Shown here in pieces: positions 50,329-59,558 of a stretch of DNA of 64,000 nt. Both the position numbers and the translations under genes were made by a program. Source of the stretch: Thermodesulfobacteriota bacterium (GTDB lineage Bacteria; Desulfobacterota; Binatia; Bin18); the NCBI GenBank assembly GCA_964291405.2, contig OZ219926.1, positions 1,056,001 through 1,120,000 of the forward strand. The letters are read 5' to 3'. The notes beneath the pieces were generated by a model that saw nothing but the letters and a program-made list of their open reading frames with translations, was not told where the DNA came from and searched no databases. The first letter of the stretch is position 1. Each line of letters opens with the position of its first letter.

Positions 50329-52251
50329 TTATTCCCCGTTCACCGAGAACGCGATCAGGGCGTTGCCCGGCCTCCCGCCCCGATAGCCGTAGCCGGACAT
50401 CACGTACAGCATACCGTCCACAATGGTCGGCCCCGGGCCGTCAAAAGACCCGCCCTTGGTCTTGACGCCATTGGTGCTCTCATATTCCTGGTCGGCGTTG
50501 TAGTCCCAAACGACCTGTCCGGTGTCGGTGGCATAGCCACGCAGATGGCCGTCAACTGAACCGGAGAACACTACCCCGGGCAGGGCCGACACGGCCGCCG
50601 ACTGGGCCGGACTGCACTGCGGCCGGTCTCCACAGCCGACCGCTGGGACGTGCCACTTCCGCTCGCCGCTTTCGATATCAAGGGCGAACATGCCGCCCCC
50701 AACACTGCCGTCCAGGATCCTGGTCCAGCTCCCGTCCGCATTCTCTACCGTCTTCCTGACGACATCGGACAGGGCCACATAGACCTGTTTAGCGTCGGCT
50801 GCGGAGCCCCACTGAATCCCGCCGAGCAGGCCGCCTTTGCCAACGCGGTGTTGCCACAGGATTTCACCATCGCGATCCGGGTCGATGGCATGCATCACCC
50901 CGGACTTCTGGCCGGCCAGGATGATGCGCCGCCCGTCGGGTAAAATACGCACAATGGGCGAGGAGGCGAAATCCAGGTCGGGGCCACGCGCCTCAGGACA
51001 GTTGGTGTCGTCCCCAATCTCGCAGGCGACATTCCAGGCGTCACCCACGGTGAACTGTTTTGACCACAGGGCCTTTCCGCTCCGCATATCAAAGGCCATC
51101 ACCGCATCACTCGTCAGTGAGACCGGGTCGGAGTAATTATCGCCCGTGGTTACATAGATGCGGTTGCGCTCCGGGTCGAGGGCGGGCGAGGACCAGATCG
51201 TGGCACCGGACGGCCCCCAGAGCTGCACGCCAATCGCATTCTTGCGAACAGGAGCCGGGGGCTCTGGCACGGTATACGCTTTCCAGATCAGTTTGCCGTT
51301 AAAGCGGTTAAGGGCCATGATCTTGCCGCGAAACGTACAACACTCGTAGGTCGGGTCGGCGCCGGCGACTTCTTCCAGGGAAGTGGTGACCACGTAGAGC
51401 CGGTTGCCGTGGGTTTTGGGTGTGCCGGTGATACGCGCCATGGGATGGTCGTCCACGTCCACTTTCCAGAGTTCTTTGCCCGTGCGGGCATCCAGCGCAT
51501 ACACATTGGCTGCTGCGTCCCCCACATAGACAACAGAGCGCGGCGGGGTGGTGGCGGGCAGATTGTCAACCACCGGGGTGGCGCGCACCCCAGCCGCGGT
51601 TTTGGCCGACCAATGCAGACAGCCGGTTTTGGCATCAAGCGAATAAATACGGCCCTGGAGCGAGCCGATAAACACCCGGCCGCCGACCACCGTCGGCTGG
51701 GAGACCCGAAAATCCATGGGCAATCCAAACACCCATTTGACCTTCAGCTCAGGCACCTGGGCGGCGTTGATCCCGGCGGCCTCGGCGGATTGGAAGCGGG
51801 TATTGAAGTTATCGACTCCCCAGCCGTTCCACTGCGGAGCGCCGTCTTCAACCACGAACTCGCCCGGTGCGTCTTCACAGAACCCGGCGACCGTCTCGTC
51901 CTTTTCGGTCGGAGGCGGCAGTTGCTTGCCGGTGATCCACTCCGATATGGCGCGCCGCTCCTGATTGGTTCGGGCCATGCCTAGGAACTTCATCCTGCCA
52001 CGTTCCAGGGAATGCAAGACCATCACGGCGGGCAGGCGTGACATGACGTCACGATGCGGCGCGCGCTTGACCTGCCCCTCGTGGCAGCGTGCGCAGTGTG
52101 CCTGGTAGAGCGCTTCGCCGTCACCTCCCCCTTCGGTTGGAGAGAAGGCCCAACTCGAAGCAATACTCACGCTCGACAACAGCATGCCGCCCACAAGAGC
52201 CTGGATCACGACACGTATTTTTTGCTGTGGAGACCCATTACGGACAGACAT
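50329..52251 (-). CDS. PVA-dehydrogenase-like quinohaemoprotein, copy 3
   Basis: CARCH, YECCTFRG, TGDNYS, GPDLDF. Confidence 0.9.
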   Translation of the reverse strand: MSVRNGSPQQKIRVVIQALVGGMLLSSVSIASSWAFSPTEGGGDGEALYQAHCARCHEGQVKRAPHRDVMSRLPAVMVLHSLERGRMKFLGMARTNQERRAISEWITGKQLPPPTEKDETVAGFCEDAPGEFVVEDGAPQWNGWGVDNFNTRFQSAEAAGINAAQVPELKVKWVFGLPMDFRVSQPTVVGGRVFIGSLQGRIYSLDAKTGCLHWSAKTAAGVRATPVVDNLPATTPPRSVVYVGDAAANVYALDARTGKELWKVDVDDHPMARITGTPKTHGNRLYVVTTSLEEVAGADPTYECCTFRGKIMALNRFNGKLIWKAYTVPEPPAPVRKNAIGVQLWGPSGATIWSSPALDPERNRIYVTTGDNYSDPVSLTSDAVMAFDMRSGKALWSKQFTVGDAWNVACEIGDDTNCPEARGPDLDFASSPIVRILPDGRRIILAGQKSGVMHAIDPDRDGEILWQHRVGKGGLLGGIQWGSAADAKQVYVALSDVVRKTVENADGSWTRILDGSVGGGMFALDIESGERKWHVPAVGCGDRPQCSPAQSAAVSALPGVVFSGSVDGHLRGYATDTGQVVWDYNADQEYESTNGVKTKGGSFDGPGPTIVDGMLYVMSGYGYRGGRPGNALIAFSVNGE

Positions 52252-52283
52252 CTACTGACTTCTTCCTTCCCACTGTCCACTCT

Positions 52284-52316
52284 TTTTGCCTGGGAGGAGT
52301 ATTTTCTGTCAAACCC
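52284..52316 (-). promoter_or_regulatory. Conserved upstream motif of copy 3
   Basis: GGGTTTGACA-N15-AGGCAAAA. Confidence 0.7.
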
Positions 52317-52362
52317 TTCCAATCTCACTCCGGCTTGAAGAAACGCCTCGGGGGCAGATGTC

Positions 52363-54273
52363 TTATTCTCCATTCACGGAGAACGCGATCAAGGCGTTGC
52401 CACCTATGCCACCAGAAAAGCCGTAGCCCGAATGGACGTAGACCATACCATCGACAATGGTCGGGCCCGGGCCGTCAAATGAGCCGCCGCGGGTCTTCAC
52501 ACCGTTGGTGCTCTCATACTCCTGGTCGGCGTTGTACTCCCACACCACCTCTCCGCTGTCGGTCGCATACGCACGTAAATGGCTATCCACGGAACCGGAG
52601 AAAACCACCCCGGGCAGCGCGGACACCGCGGCCGACTGGGCCGGACTGCACTTGGTTCGCTCCCCGCAGCCTGGCGGTGGGACGTGCCATTTCCGCTCGC
52701 CGGTTTCGATATCAAGGGCGAACATGCCGCCGCCCACACTGCTGTCGAGCCTGGTATCAAAGCCGATATCGGAATCCCTGACAGTCCTCAGCCCGATATC
52801 GGACAGGGCCACATAGACCTGTTTGGCATCTGCGGCCGACCCCCATTGAATCCCACCGACCAGGCCGCCCTTGCCGACCCGCTCCTGCCAGAGAATTTCT
52901 CCGTCCCGGTCCGGGTCGATGGCGTGCATCACCCCGGACTTTTGTCCGGCCAGGATGATACGCCGCCCGTCGGGCAGAATGCGCAGGATGGGTGATGAGG
53001 CGAAGTCCAGGTCCGGACCGCGCGCCTCCGGACAGTTGGTATCGTCCTCCAACTCACAACCCGCGTTCCAGGCGTCGTTTGGCGTAAATTGCTTCGACCA
53101 CAAGACGTCGCCGGTACGCAGATCGAGGGCGACCACCGCATCACTCGTCAGCGAGGCCGGATCGGAATAATTGTCACCCGTCGTCACATACATGCGGTTG
53201 CGCTCCGGGTCGAGCGCCGGCGAGGACCAGATCGACGCGCCGGACGGTCCCCAGAGCTGCACGCCGATCGCATTCTTACGGACCGGTACGGCTGGGTCCA
53301 GCATATAGGCCCGCCATACCAGCTTGCCGTTAAAACGGTTGAGCGCCATGATCTTGCCGCGGAACGTACAGCACTCGTAGGTCGGGTCGGCGCCGGCTAT
53401 TTCCTCCAGGGCGGTGGTGGACACGTAGAGCCGGTTGCCGTGCGTTTTCGGCGTGCCGGTAATCGTCGACAAAGGATGGTCATCCACATCCACTTTCCAG
53501 AGTTCTTTGCCCGTGCGGGCATCCAGCGCATACATGTTCGCCGCCGCGTCCCCCACATAGACAACAGAGCGCGGCGGGGTGGTGCCCGGCAGGGTATCGA
53601 CCACCATGGTCGAGCGTACCCCACCGTCCGTTTTCACCGACCAGTACAAGCACCCGGTTTTGGCATCGAGCGAATAAATACGGCCCTGGAGCGAGCCGAT
53701 AAACACCCGCCCGCCAACCACGGTCGGCTGGGAGACCCGAAAATCCATGGGCAATCCAAACACCCATTTGACCTTGAGATTGGACACCTGGTCGGCCGGG
53801 ATGCCAGCCTGCTCAGCCGACTGGAAGCGGCTATTGGTGTGATCAACTCCCCAGCCGTTCCACTGCGGAGCGCCGTCTTCAATGGAGAACTCGCCTGGAG
53901 CGTCCGCACAAAACCCGGCAACCGTATCGTCCGTATCCTTGATCTTCTTGCCGGTGATCCATTCAGACAGGGCGCGGCGCTCGGCAATGGTCCGCATCCA
54001 GCCCTGCATACGCATCTTGCCCACGCTCAGCGAATGCAGCACCATCTCGGCGGGCAGGCGTGACATGACCTCACGGATCGGGGCCCGTTTCACCTGACCT
54101 TCATGACACTGGGCGCAGTAGGTGTTGTAGAGTTGCTCCGCATCGGGCGTCTGGTGGGCGTCGGCCTCCATTGCCCAACTCGCCGGGACACTCCACTGGA
54201 GCACGGCAAAGCACAGCGCTCCGCTCAGCCACGTTATCAGGTTTTTGCGCCCTACCCTGTCCGTCGTACCCAT
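52363..54273 (-). CDS. PVA-dehydrogenase-like quinohaemoprotein, copy 4
   Basis: CAQCH, YECCTFRG, TGDNYS, GPDLDF. Confidence 0.9.
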   Translation of the reverse strand: MGTTDRVGRKNLITWLSGALCFAVLQWSVPASWAMEADAHQTPDAEQLYNTYCAQCHEGQVKRAPIREVMSRLPAEMVLHSLSVGKMRMQGWMRTIAERRALSEWITGKKIKDTDDTVAGFCADAPGEFSIEDGAPQWNGWGVDHTNSRFQSAEQAGIPADQVSNLKVKWVFGLPMDFRVSQPTVVGGRVFIGSLQGRIYSLDAKTGCLYWSVKTDGGVRSTMVVDTLPGTTPPRSVVYVGDAAANMYALDARTGKELWKVDVDDHPLSTITGTPKTHGNRLYVSTTALEEIAGADPTYECCTFRGKIMALNRFNGKLVWRAYMLDPAVPVRKNAIGVQLWGPSGASIWSSPALDPERNRMYVTTGDNYSDPASLTSDAVVALDLRTGDVLWSKQFTPNDAWNAGCELEDDTNCPEARGPDLDFASSPILRILPDGRRIILAGQKSGVMHAIDPDRDGEILWQERVGKGGLVGGIQWGSAADAKQVYVALSDIGLRTVRDSDIGFDTRLDSSVGGGMFALDIETGERKWHVPPPGCGERTKCSPAQSAAVSALPGVVFSGSVDSHLRAYATDSGEVVWEYNADQEYESTNGVKTRGGSFDGPGPTIVDGMVYVHSGYGFSGGIGGNALIAFSVNGE

Positions 54274-54307
54274 AACACTCCCCCTTTTGTGTGTTGTAAG
54301 AGCATGC

Positions 54308-56233
54308 CTATTCGTTATCGACCGAAAAGGCCAATAGCGCGTTGCCCGGCATGCCGCCCCAATAGCCGTAGCCGGAATTCACATACAGCATGCCGTTGAC
54401 AATCGTCGGGCCAGGTCCGTCGAACGAGCCCCCTCGGGTCTGGACTCCATTCGTGCTTTCGTATTCCTGGTCGGCATTATACTCCCAGACCACGGCGCCG
54501 TCGGCGGTTGAGTAGGCGCGCAAATGGCCATCAACAGAGCCAGAGAAAACCACGCCGGGGATCACGGATATGGCCGCGGACTGCGCCGGGCTGCACTGCG
54601 CGCGCCCATTACAGCCTGGGGGCGGGGTATACCATTTGCGCTCACCCGTCTCGACGTCATAGGCAAACATCCCGCCGCCGACACTCCCGTTGAGGCTGGT
54701 CGTCCAGCCCAGGTCTTTATCTTTGTGGGTCTCAATCCCGATATCGGACAAGGCCACATAGATGGTCTGGGCATCGGCCGCCGGTCCCCACTGGATGCCC
54801 CCGATCAGGCCACCCTTGCCCAACCGCTGCTGCCAGAGAATTTCGCCATCCCGGTCCGGGTCTACGGCGTGGAGGACGCCGGATTTCTGTCCGGCCAGGA
54901 GTACGCGCTTGCCGCTAGGCAGCGTGACCAGAATCGCCGACGAGCCAAAGTCCAGGTCCGGCCCTCTGGCCTCGGGACAGTTCGAGTCGTCATCCGTCTC
55001 ACAGCCGATATTCCAGGCGTCGTTCGGCGTGAACTGTTGCGACCAGAGGAATTCGCCCGTCCTCAAATCAAAGGCCACGATGGCATCGCTGGTGAGCGAA
55101 GCGGGGTCGGAATAGTTATCGCCAGTCGTGACATACAGCCGGCCGCGTTCCAGATCGAGGGTGGGGGAAGACCAGACCGAGGCTCCCGAGGGGCCCCACA
55201 ACTGGGTGCCCTTTCTGTTTTTCCGGACTGGTACGGCCGGCTCCGGAATCGTATAGGTCTTCCAAACCATCTTGCCGTTAATCGGGTTCATGGCCACCAG
55301 CGTTCCCCGAAAGGTACAGCATTCATAGTCGGCATCCGCGCCGGCCGCCTCTTCCAGAGCCGTCAGGGGCACGTAGAGCCGATTCCCGTGCAGCTTGGGC
55401 GTTCCGGTGATGCGTGCCATGGGATGATCGTCAATCTTGCTGCGCCATAACTCCGTGCCCGTTCGGGCGTCCAGGGCATAGACCGTGGCTTCGGAATCCC
55501 CGAAATAGACCACATAGCGGGCCGGATCGGTCCCCGGCAGTTTCCCGACGACCAGGGTCGAACGAACACCGGCTCTGGGTTTCATCGACCAGTACAGGCA
55601 GCCGGTCTTGGCATCGAGTGAATACACCCGGCCTTTCATGGTGCCGACAAAGACCCGGTTGCCGACCACGGTCGGCTGGGAGGTTTGGTAGTCCATCGGC
55701 AAGCCAAACACCCATTTGACTTTCAGCTTGGAGACCTGCTCCGCGCTGACCCCGGCCTGTTCCGCGGGCTGAAAACGGCTGTTGACGACATCCACACCCC
55801 AGCCGTTCCACTGCGGAGCACCGTCTTCGACCATGAATTCGCCTGGGGCGTCGGCGCAAAAACCCGCCACCGTCTCATCGGTGGCCGCTTCCGGTTTAAG
55901 CTTCTTGCTGGTGACCCACTCGGAGATGGCGCGACGCTCTTCGTTGGTGCGCAGCACGCCCTGGAATTTCATTTTGCCCAGTTCCAGCGAGTGCAGCACA
56001 AATTCGGCCGGCAGGCGGCGCATAATGTCAAGCTGTGCCGCACGGGTCGATTGCCCGGCGTGGCATTTCGCGCAGTGCTGCTCATACAACGCCTGCCCAT
56101 CGGGCTTCTGCTCCGCCGGGGCAACGGCCCAGCTTGGAGAGCAGAGCAAACCGGTGAGCGCTACGGCCAAGCCGGCTGCCCAACGGATGTGCCACCGGTG
56201 CGTGCGGGCCGAGTTCCAGTACTGTGTCATCAT
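54308..56233 (-). CDS. PVA-dehydrogenase-like quinohaemoprotein, copy 5 (most divergent)
   Basis: CAKCH, YECCTFRG, TGDNYS, GPDLDF. Confidence 0.9.
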   Translation of the reverse strand: MMTQYWNSARTHRWHIRWAAGLAVALTGLLCSPSWAVAPAEQKPDGQALYEQHCAKCHAGQSTRAAQLDIMRRLPAEFVLHSLELGKMKFQGVLRTNEERRAISEWVTSKKLKPEAATDETVAGFCADAPGEFMVEDGAPQWNGWGVDVVNSRFQPAEQAGVSAEQVSKLKVKWVFGLPMDYQTSQPTVVGNRVFVGTMKGRVYSLDAKTGCLYWSMKPRAGVRSTLVVGKLPGTDPARYVVYFGDSEATVYALDARTGTELWRSKIDDHPMARITGTPKLHGNRLYVPLTALEEAAGADADYECCTFRGTLVAMNPINGKMVWKTYTIPEPAVPVRKNRKGTQLWGPSGASVWSSPTLDLERGRLYVTTGDNYSDPASLTSDAIVAFDLRTGEFLWSQQFTPNDAWNIGCETDDDSNCPEARGPDLDFGSSAILVTLPSGKRVLLAGQKSGVLHAVDPDRDGEILWQQRLGKGGLIGGIQWGPAADAQTIYVALSDIGIETHKDKDLGWTTSLNGSVGGGMFAYDVETGERKWYTPPPGCNGRAQCSPAQSAAISVIPGVVFSGSVDGHLRAYSTADGAVVWEYNADQEYESTNGVQTRGGSFDGPGPTIVNGMLYVNSGYGYWGGMPGNALLAFSVDNE

Positions 56234-56347
56234 CCCCTCCTTATGCTGAACAGGTCGGCGACCGCCTTCGCCGCTCTCTCCTATTTACCGCGCATTTGGT
56301 CGTTCTGCTAGCGGAGCGCTGGTAGGTCGGAGGGGAGGAGAAGAGGC

Positions 56348-56728
56348 TTATGATTTATGCAGGCGATGCTCCCAGTCATACTCGCGATTCGTCACCACAT
56401 CTTCCATCCGTTGGATGCGACGGTCGAGATGATCAAAGGTGTGTTTCAAACGGTGGAGCGCCAGCCCGCGCGAGTTGACGTAGGCATCATAGAACTCGCG
56501 TTCGCCTGTACTTGCGAACGGCACGACAGGCTCCGGCTTCATCACCACCGCGGCCAGCAGGTATAGGCCGCCCACAGGCCAAAAACCGGAGAAGAGAAAA
56601 AACAGGACGGTCAGCATACGTGTCCAAAAAAGTGAAATATCGAGATAGTCGGCGATCCCTTTACATACACCGAGCAGCATCCCGTCGCGTGATCGGTATA
56701 AGCCCGTCGGGCGTTCGGCTGTTGTCAT
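56348..56728 (-). CDS. pspC: Phage shock protein C
   Basis: LYRSRDGMLLGVCKGIADY, TM helix, RIQRMEDVVT. Confidence 0.9.
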   Translation of the reverse strand: MTTAERPTGLYRSRDGMLLGVCKGIADYLDISLFWTRMLTVLFFLFSGFWPVGGLYLLAAVVMKPEPVVPFASTGEREFYDAYVNSRGLALHRLKHTFDHLDRRIQRMEDVVTNREYDWEHRLHKS

Positions 56729-56988
56729 GGTTTTCCTTCTCCTTTTCTCTCCTGGTCAAGCAGAAGCGTTTCCAAAGCCTCCACACGGGCCTCCATCTTC
56801 GATAAGCCCTGATAGAGTTCCTGAATCATCTGGGCTTCATCCGCCTGCGCCAGATGGCCCTGTTTGGGCGTACTTTTTCTCCAGATGAGCCACACGGTCA
56901 GCGCCAGCCCTCCAACTACCGCAACAAAGACCGAGCCGAAGAACAAAAGGACGGCAAGCAGCCCAACGTCTATCATTTGTGCCTCCAT
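56725..56988 (-). CDS. pspB: Phage shock protein B-like protein
   Basis: N-terminal TM, MEARVEALETLL; located between pspA and pspC. Confidence 0.8.
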   Translation of the reverse strand: MEAQMIDVGLLAVLLFFGSVFVAVVGGLALTVWLIWRKSTPKQGHLAQADEAQMIQELYQGLSKMEARVEALETLLLDQERKGEGKP

Positions 56989-57030
56989 GTTTCAGACCCA
57001 CTCTCCCTCAGCTTCCTTCGAGGCAACCAG

Positions 57031-57720
57031 TTAGTCCTGAGGCAAAGCCGTGGTCTTTTGCTCAACCGTGGCTTTGAGCTTGGCTAACTCTTTTTCGATC
57101 TCCTCATCGCCTTCCAGTCGGGCAAACTCTTCCGCGAGTTGATGCTCAGCACTGGGACCGGGGTTCACCAGGTCGGCTTCCGCTTCCATACGTTCAATCC
57201 GATTTTCGAATTGTTCAAATCGGACAAACGCCTCCGAGCTATCGAGGCGGCGCATATCCTCCTGGGCGCGTTTCCGCTTTTGGGCATGGATATGGCGCTG
57301 GATGAGCAGGCGCTGCTTTTCGCGGACGGTCCCGAGTTTATTTTCCAACTGGGTAATATCTTCCTGATACTGACGAATCAGGGCATCACACTCGGTGCGT
57401 TCTTTTTGCAGCGCGGCGCTGCGTTCGGTGTAGCCACGCCTCTGTATGAGGGCCTCGCGTGCCAAGTCTTCGCGCCCTTTGTCTACTGCAAGCTGGGCCT
57501 TTTCGCCCCACTGGCCGGCTCGTGTTTCGACGGTTTGACAGTCACGCTCGATTTTCTTTTTTGCGGCCATGGCACCAGCACAGGAGGCTTTAATCTCAAC
57601 CAGCGTATCCTCCATTTCCTTGATCATGAGCCGAATGAGCTTCTCCGGGTCTTCCGCTTTATCAAGCATGGCGTTGAGGTTGGCGCTGATAATGTCACGG
57701 ACTCGGGTGAAAATTCCCAT
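57031..57720 (-). CDS. pspA: Phage shock protein A
   Basis: MGIFTRVRDIISANLNAMLDKAEDPEK, GREDLAREAL, coiled coil. Confidence 0.96.
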   Translation of the reverse strand: MGIFTRVRDIISANLNAMLDKAEDPEKLIRLMIKEMEDTLVEIKASCAGAMAAKKKIERDCQTVETRAGQWGEKAQLAVDKGREDLAREALIQRRGYTERSAALQKERTECDALIRQYQEDITQLENKLGTVREKQRLLIQRHIHAQKRKRAQEDMRRLDSSEAFVRFEQFENRIERMEAEADLVNPGPSAEHQLAEEFARLEGDEEIEKELAKLKATVEQKTTALPQD

Positions 57721-57757
57721 GATGCTTCTCCTTTGCCGTCAATACACTCTGGGGTGG

Positions 57758-57774
57758 TGCATCTTGCGTGCCAA
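57758..57774 (-). promoter_or_regulatory. Sigma54 (-24/-12) promoter of pspABC
   Basis: Minus strand TTGGCACGCAAGATGCA; divergent PspF activator gene. Confidence 0.85.
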
Positions 57775-57866
57775 CTCAGAAAGCCTTTTCTTTTCAGGTG
57801 CTTATAAAAAACAAAGGAAATAGAGTTGATTTGTTTTCGCTCTAAATATGCGATATACGCTTATAT

Positions 57867-58988
57867 ATGGCAAAAAAAACCACTGCCATGGCTCCTCATA
57901 CTTCTTCCGGCCCGCAAGAAGCGCTTGGCCAGTCAGAAGCATTCCTGGCATTTCAGGAGCGTCTATCCCGTGTGGCTCGGGTCAACCGGCCGGTTCTCTT
58001 GATAGGGGAGCGCGGAACGGGTAAAGAACTCGCCGCCGCTCGGCTGCATTACCTGTCTGAGCGCTGGCAAGGGCCCCTTGTCACTCTCCACTGCGCGGCC
58101 CTCTCACCCAGCCTGATCGAAGCCGAATTATTCGGCCATGAAGCCGGGGCTTTTACCGGAGCAACCCGACAGCGCCTCGGCCGTTTTGAGACGGCTCACA
58201 ACGGCAGCCTCTTTCTTGACGAAATTGGACAGGTTCCACTCGAAACCCAGGAGAAAATTCTGCGGGTCGTCGAGTATGGCAGCTTTGAACGGGTCGGCAG
58301 TTCGCAGCCCGTTGAGAGCGATGTGCGGATTATTGGCGCAACTAATGCAAACCTCAAGGCACTCGCCGCACACGGGCGGTTCAGAGCCGATTTGCTCGAC
58401 CGGTTGTCTTTTGAGGTGCTGTTTCTCCCCCCCCTACGCGAGCGTCCCGAGGATATTGTGCTCCTCACCAACCACTTTGCTGCGCGTATGGCCTTTGAGT
58501 TGGAACGGGAGGATGTTCCGCAGTTCAGCGCCGCGGCGCGTACCGTTCTGGATAATTATCCCTGGCCGGGCAATGTCAGGGAATTGAAAAATGTGGTTGA
58601 GCGCGCGGTCTATCGGGCGGATACGGGGTTGATTCGTGAGACCGATATCGTCCTCGACCCGTTTCAGGCTCCGTTTCAGCCTGCTGCCCAGGCGTCAGAG
58701 GAACGAGAGGAGGAACCAGCTGTCTTCCCTCGAGCGGTACCCGCGGATGAGAGCGCTTCTCCCACATCCTTTACCCAAGCGGTACAGGAGTTCGAGTGCC
58801 GGCTGCTGGTAAACGGGCTGCGTGCGACGCGATATAATCAGAAAAGGACCGCCGAGCGACTCGGCCTCACCTATCATCAGTTTCGCGGCCTATACCGGAA
58901 ATACGCGGAACACTTACAGCGCCAGGAGGACGAGGAGCGGCCGGGCGTTCCGACAACGGTTCCGCTCCGCGGAGGCCGGTCAGAGTAA
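57867..58988 (+). CDS. pspF: Sigma54 activator PspF
   Basis: GERGTGKE, GAFTGA, LFLDEI, WPGNVRELKN, C-terminal HTH LGLTYHQFRG; the start may be ATG 57888. Confidence 0.94.
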   Translation: MAKKTTAMAPHTSSGPQEALGQSEAFLAFQERLSRVARVNRPVLLIGERGTGKELAAARLHYLSERWQGPLVTLHCAALSPSLIEAELFGHEAGAFTGATRQRLGRFETAHNGSLFLDEIGQVPLETQEKILRVVEYGSFERVGSSQPVESDVRIIGATNANLKALAAHGRFRADLLDRLSFEVLFLPPLRERPEDIVLLTNHFAARMAFELEREDVPQFSAAARTVLDNYPWPGNVRELKNVVERAVYRADTGLIRETDIVLDPFQAPFQPAAQASEEREEEPAVFPRAVPADESASPTSFTQAVQEFECRLLVNGLRATRYNQKRTAERLGLTYHQFRGLYRKYAEHLQRQEDEERPGVPTTVPLRGGRSE

Positions 58989-58994
58989 ACCGCC

Positions 58995-59453
58995 CTAGGC
59001 GTAGAAGCGATACACACCCTCGGCCACACAAGCCGGCTTACTGCTGTCTTCCACCTCAAACGTCAGACCGACCGAGACTTGCAGGCCGCCGGTCACATCT
59101 TCCACATTGTTCAACGCGGCCCGCGCCCGCACCTTTTTCCCGACCGGGACAGGCGACGGAAAGCGGAGTTTATTCAGCCCGTAGTTCACGCCCATTTTAA
59201 TGCCCTGCACCGCCCAGATCTGATCCATGAAATACGGCGCCAACGAAAGGGTATAATATCCGTGGGCCACCGGACCGCCAAAGGGCGACTCTTTTTTGGC
59301 ACGCTCGACGTCAAGGTGAATCCACTGATGGTCATGGGTACACTGGGCGAAAGCGTTAATTTCTTCCTGGGTGACCAGATGCCAATCCGAGACGCCGAGT
59401 TCCTCACCAACCAGAGATTTGACGTCGTTATAGTCTACTTTTCGGGCTGCCAT
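58995..59453 (-). CDS. MaoC/NodN-like enoyl-CoA hydratase
   Basis: FAQCTHDHQWIHLD, AHGYYTLSL, NYGLNKLRFPSPV. Confidence 0.9.
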   Translation of the reverse strand: MAARKVDYNDVKSLVGEELGVSDWHLVTQEEINAFAQCTHDHQWIHLDVERAKKESPFGGPVAHGYYTLSLAPYFMDQIWAVQGIKMGVNYGLNKLRFPSPVPVGKKVRARAALNNVEDVTGGLQVSVGLTFEVEDSSKPACVAEGVYRFYA

Positions 59454-59558
59454 ACTTGGACTCCTTTCTGTACGAAACCGGATGCGAAATCGTGTTCTTT
59501 CCCTATTGGCTTGGATGTCGTGTTGTCAAGGGGAATGCCGGCCTATAGGCTTTCCGCA

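Noticed and set aside
46173-56233. Repeated ~2-kb units as a CRISPR array, a DGR template/variable repeat or an assembly duplication
   Set aside because: The units are full protein-coding paralogs with many synonymous and non-synonymous differences; there is no short repeat-spacer pattern, reverse transcriptase or adenine-specific variation
56348-58988. Phage shock genes as evidence of a prophage
   Set aside because: pspFABC is a host envelope-stress system; no phage structural, integrase or replication genes are present
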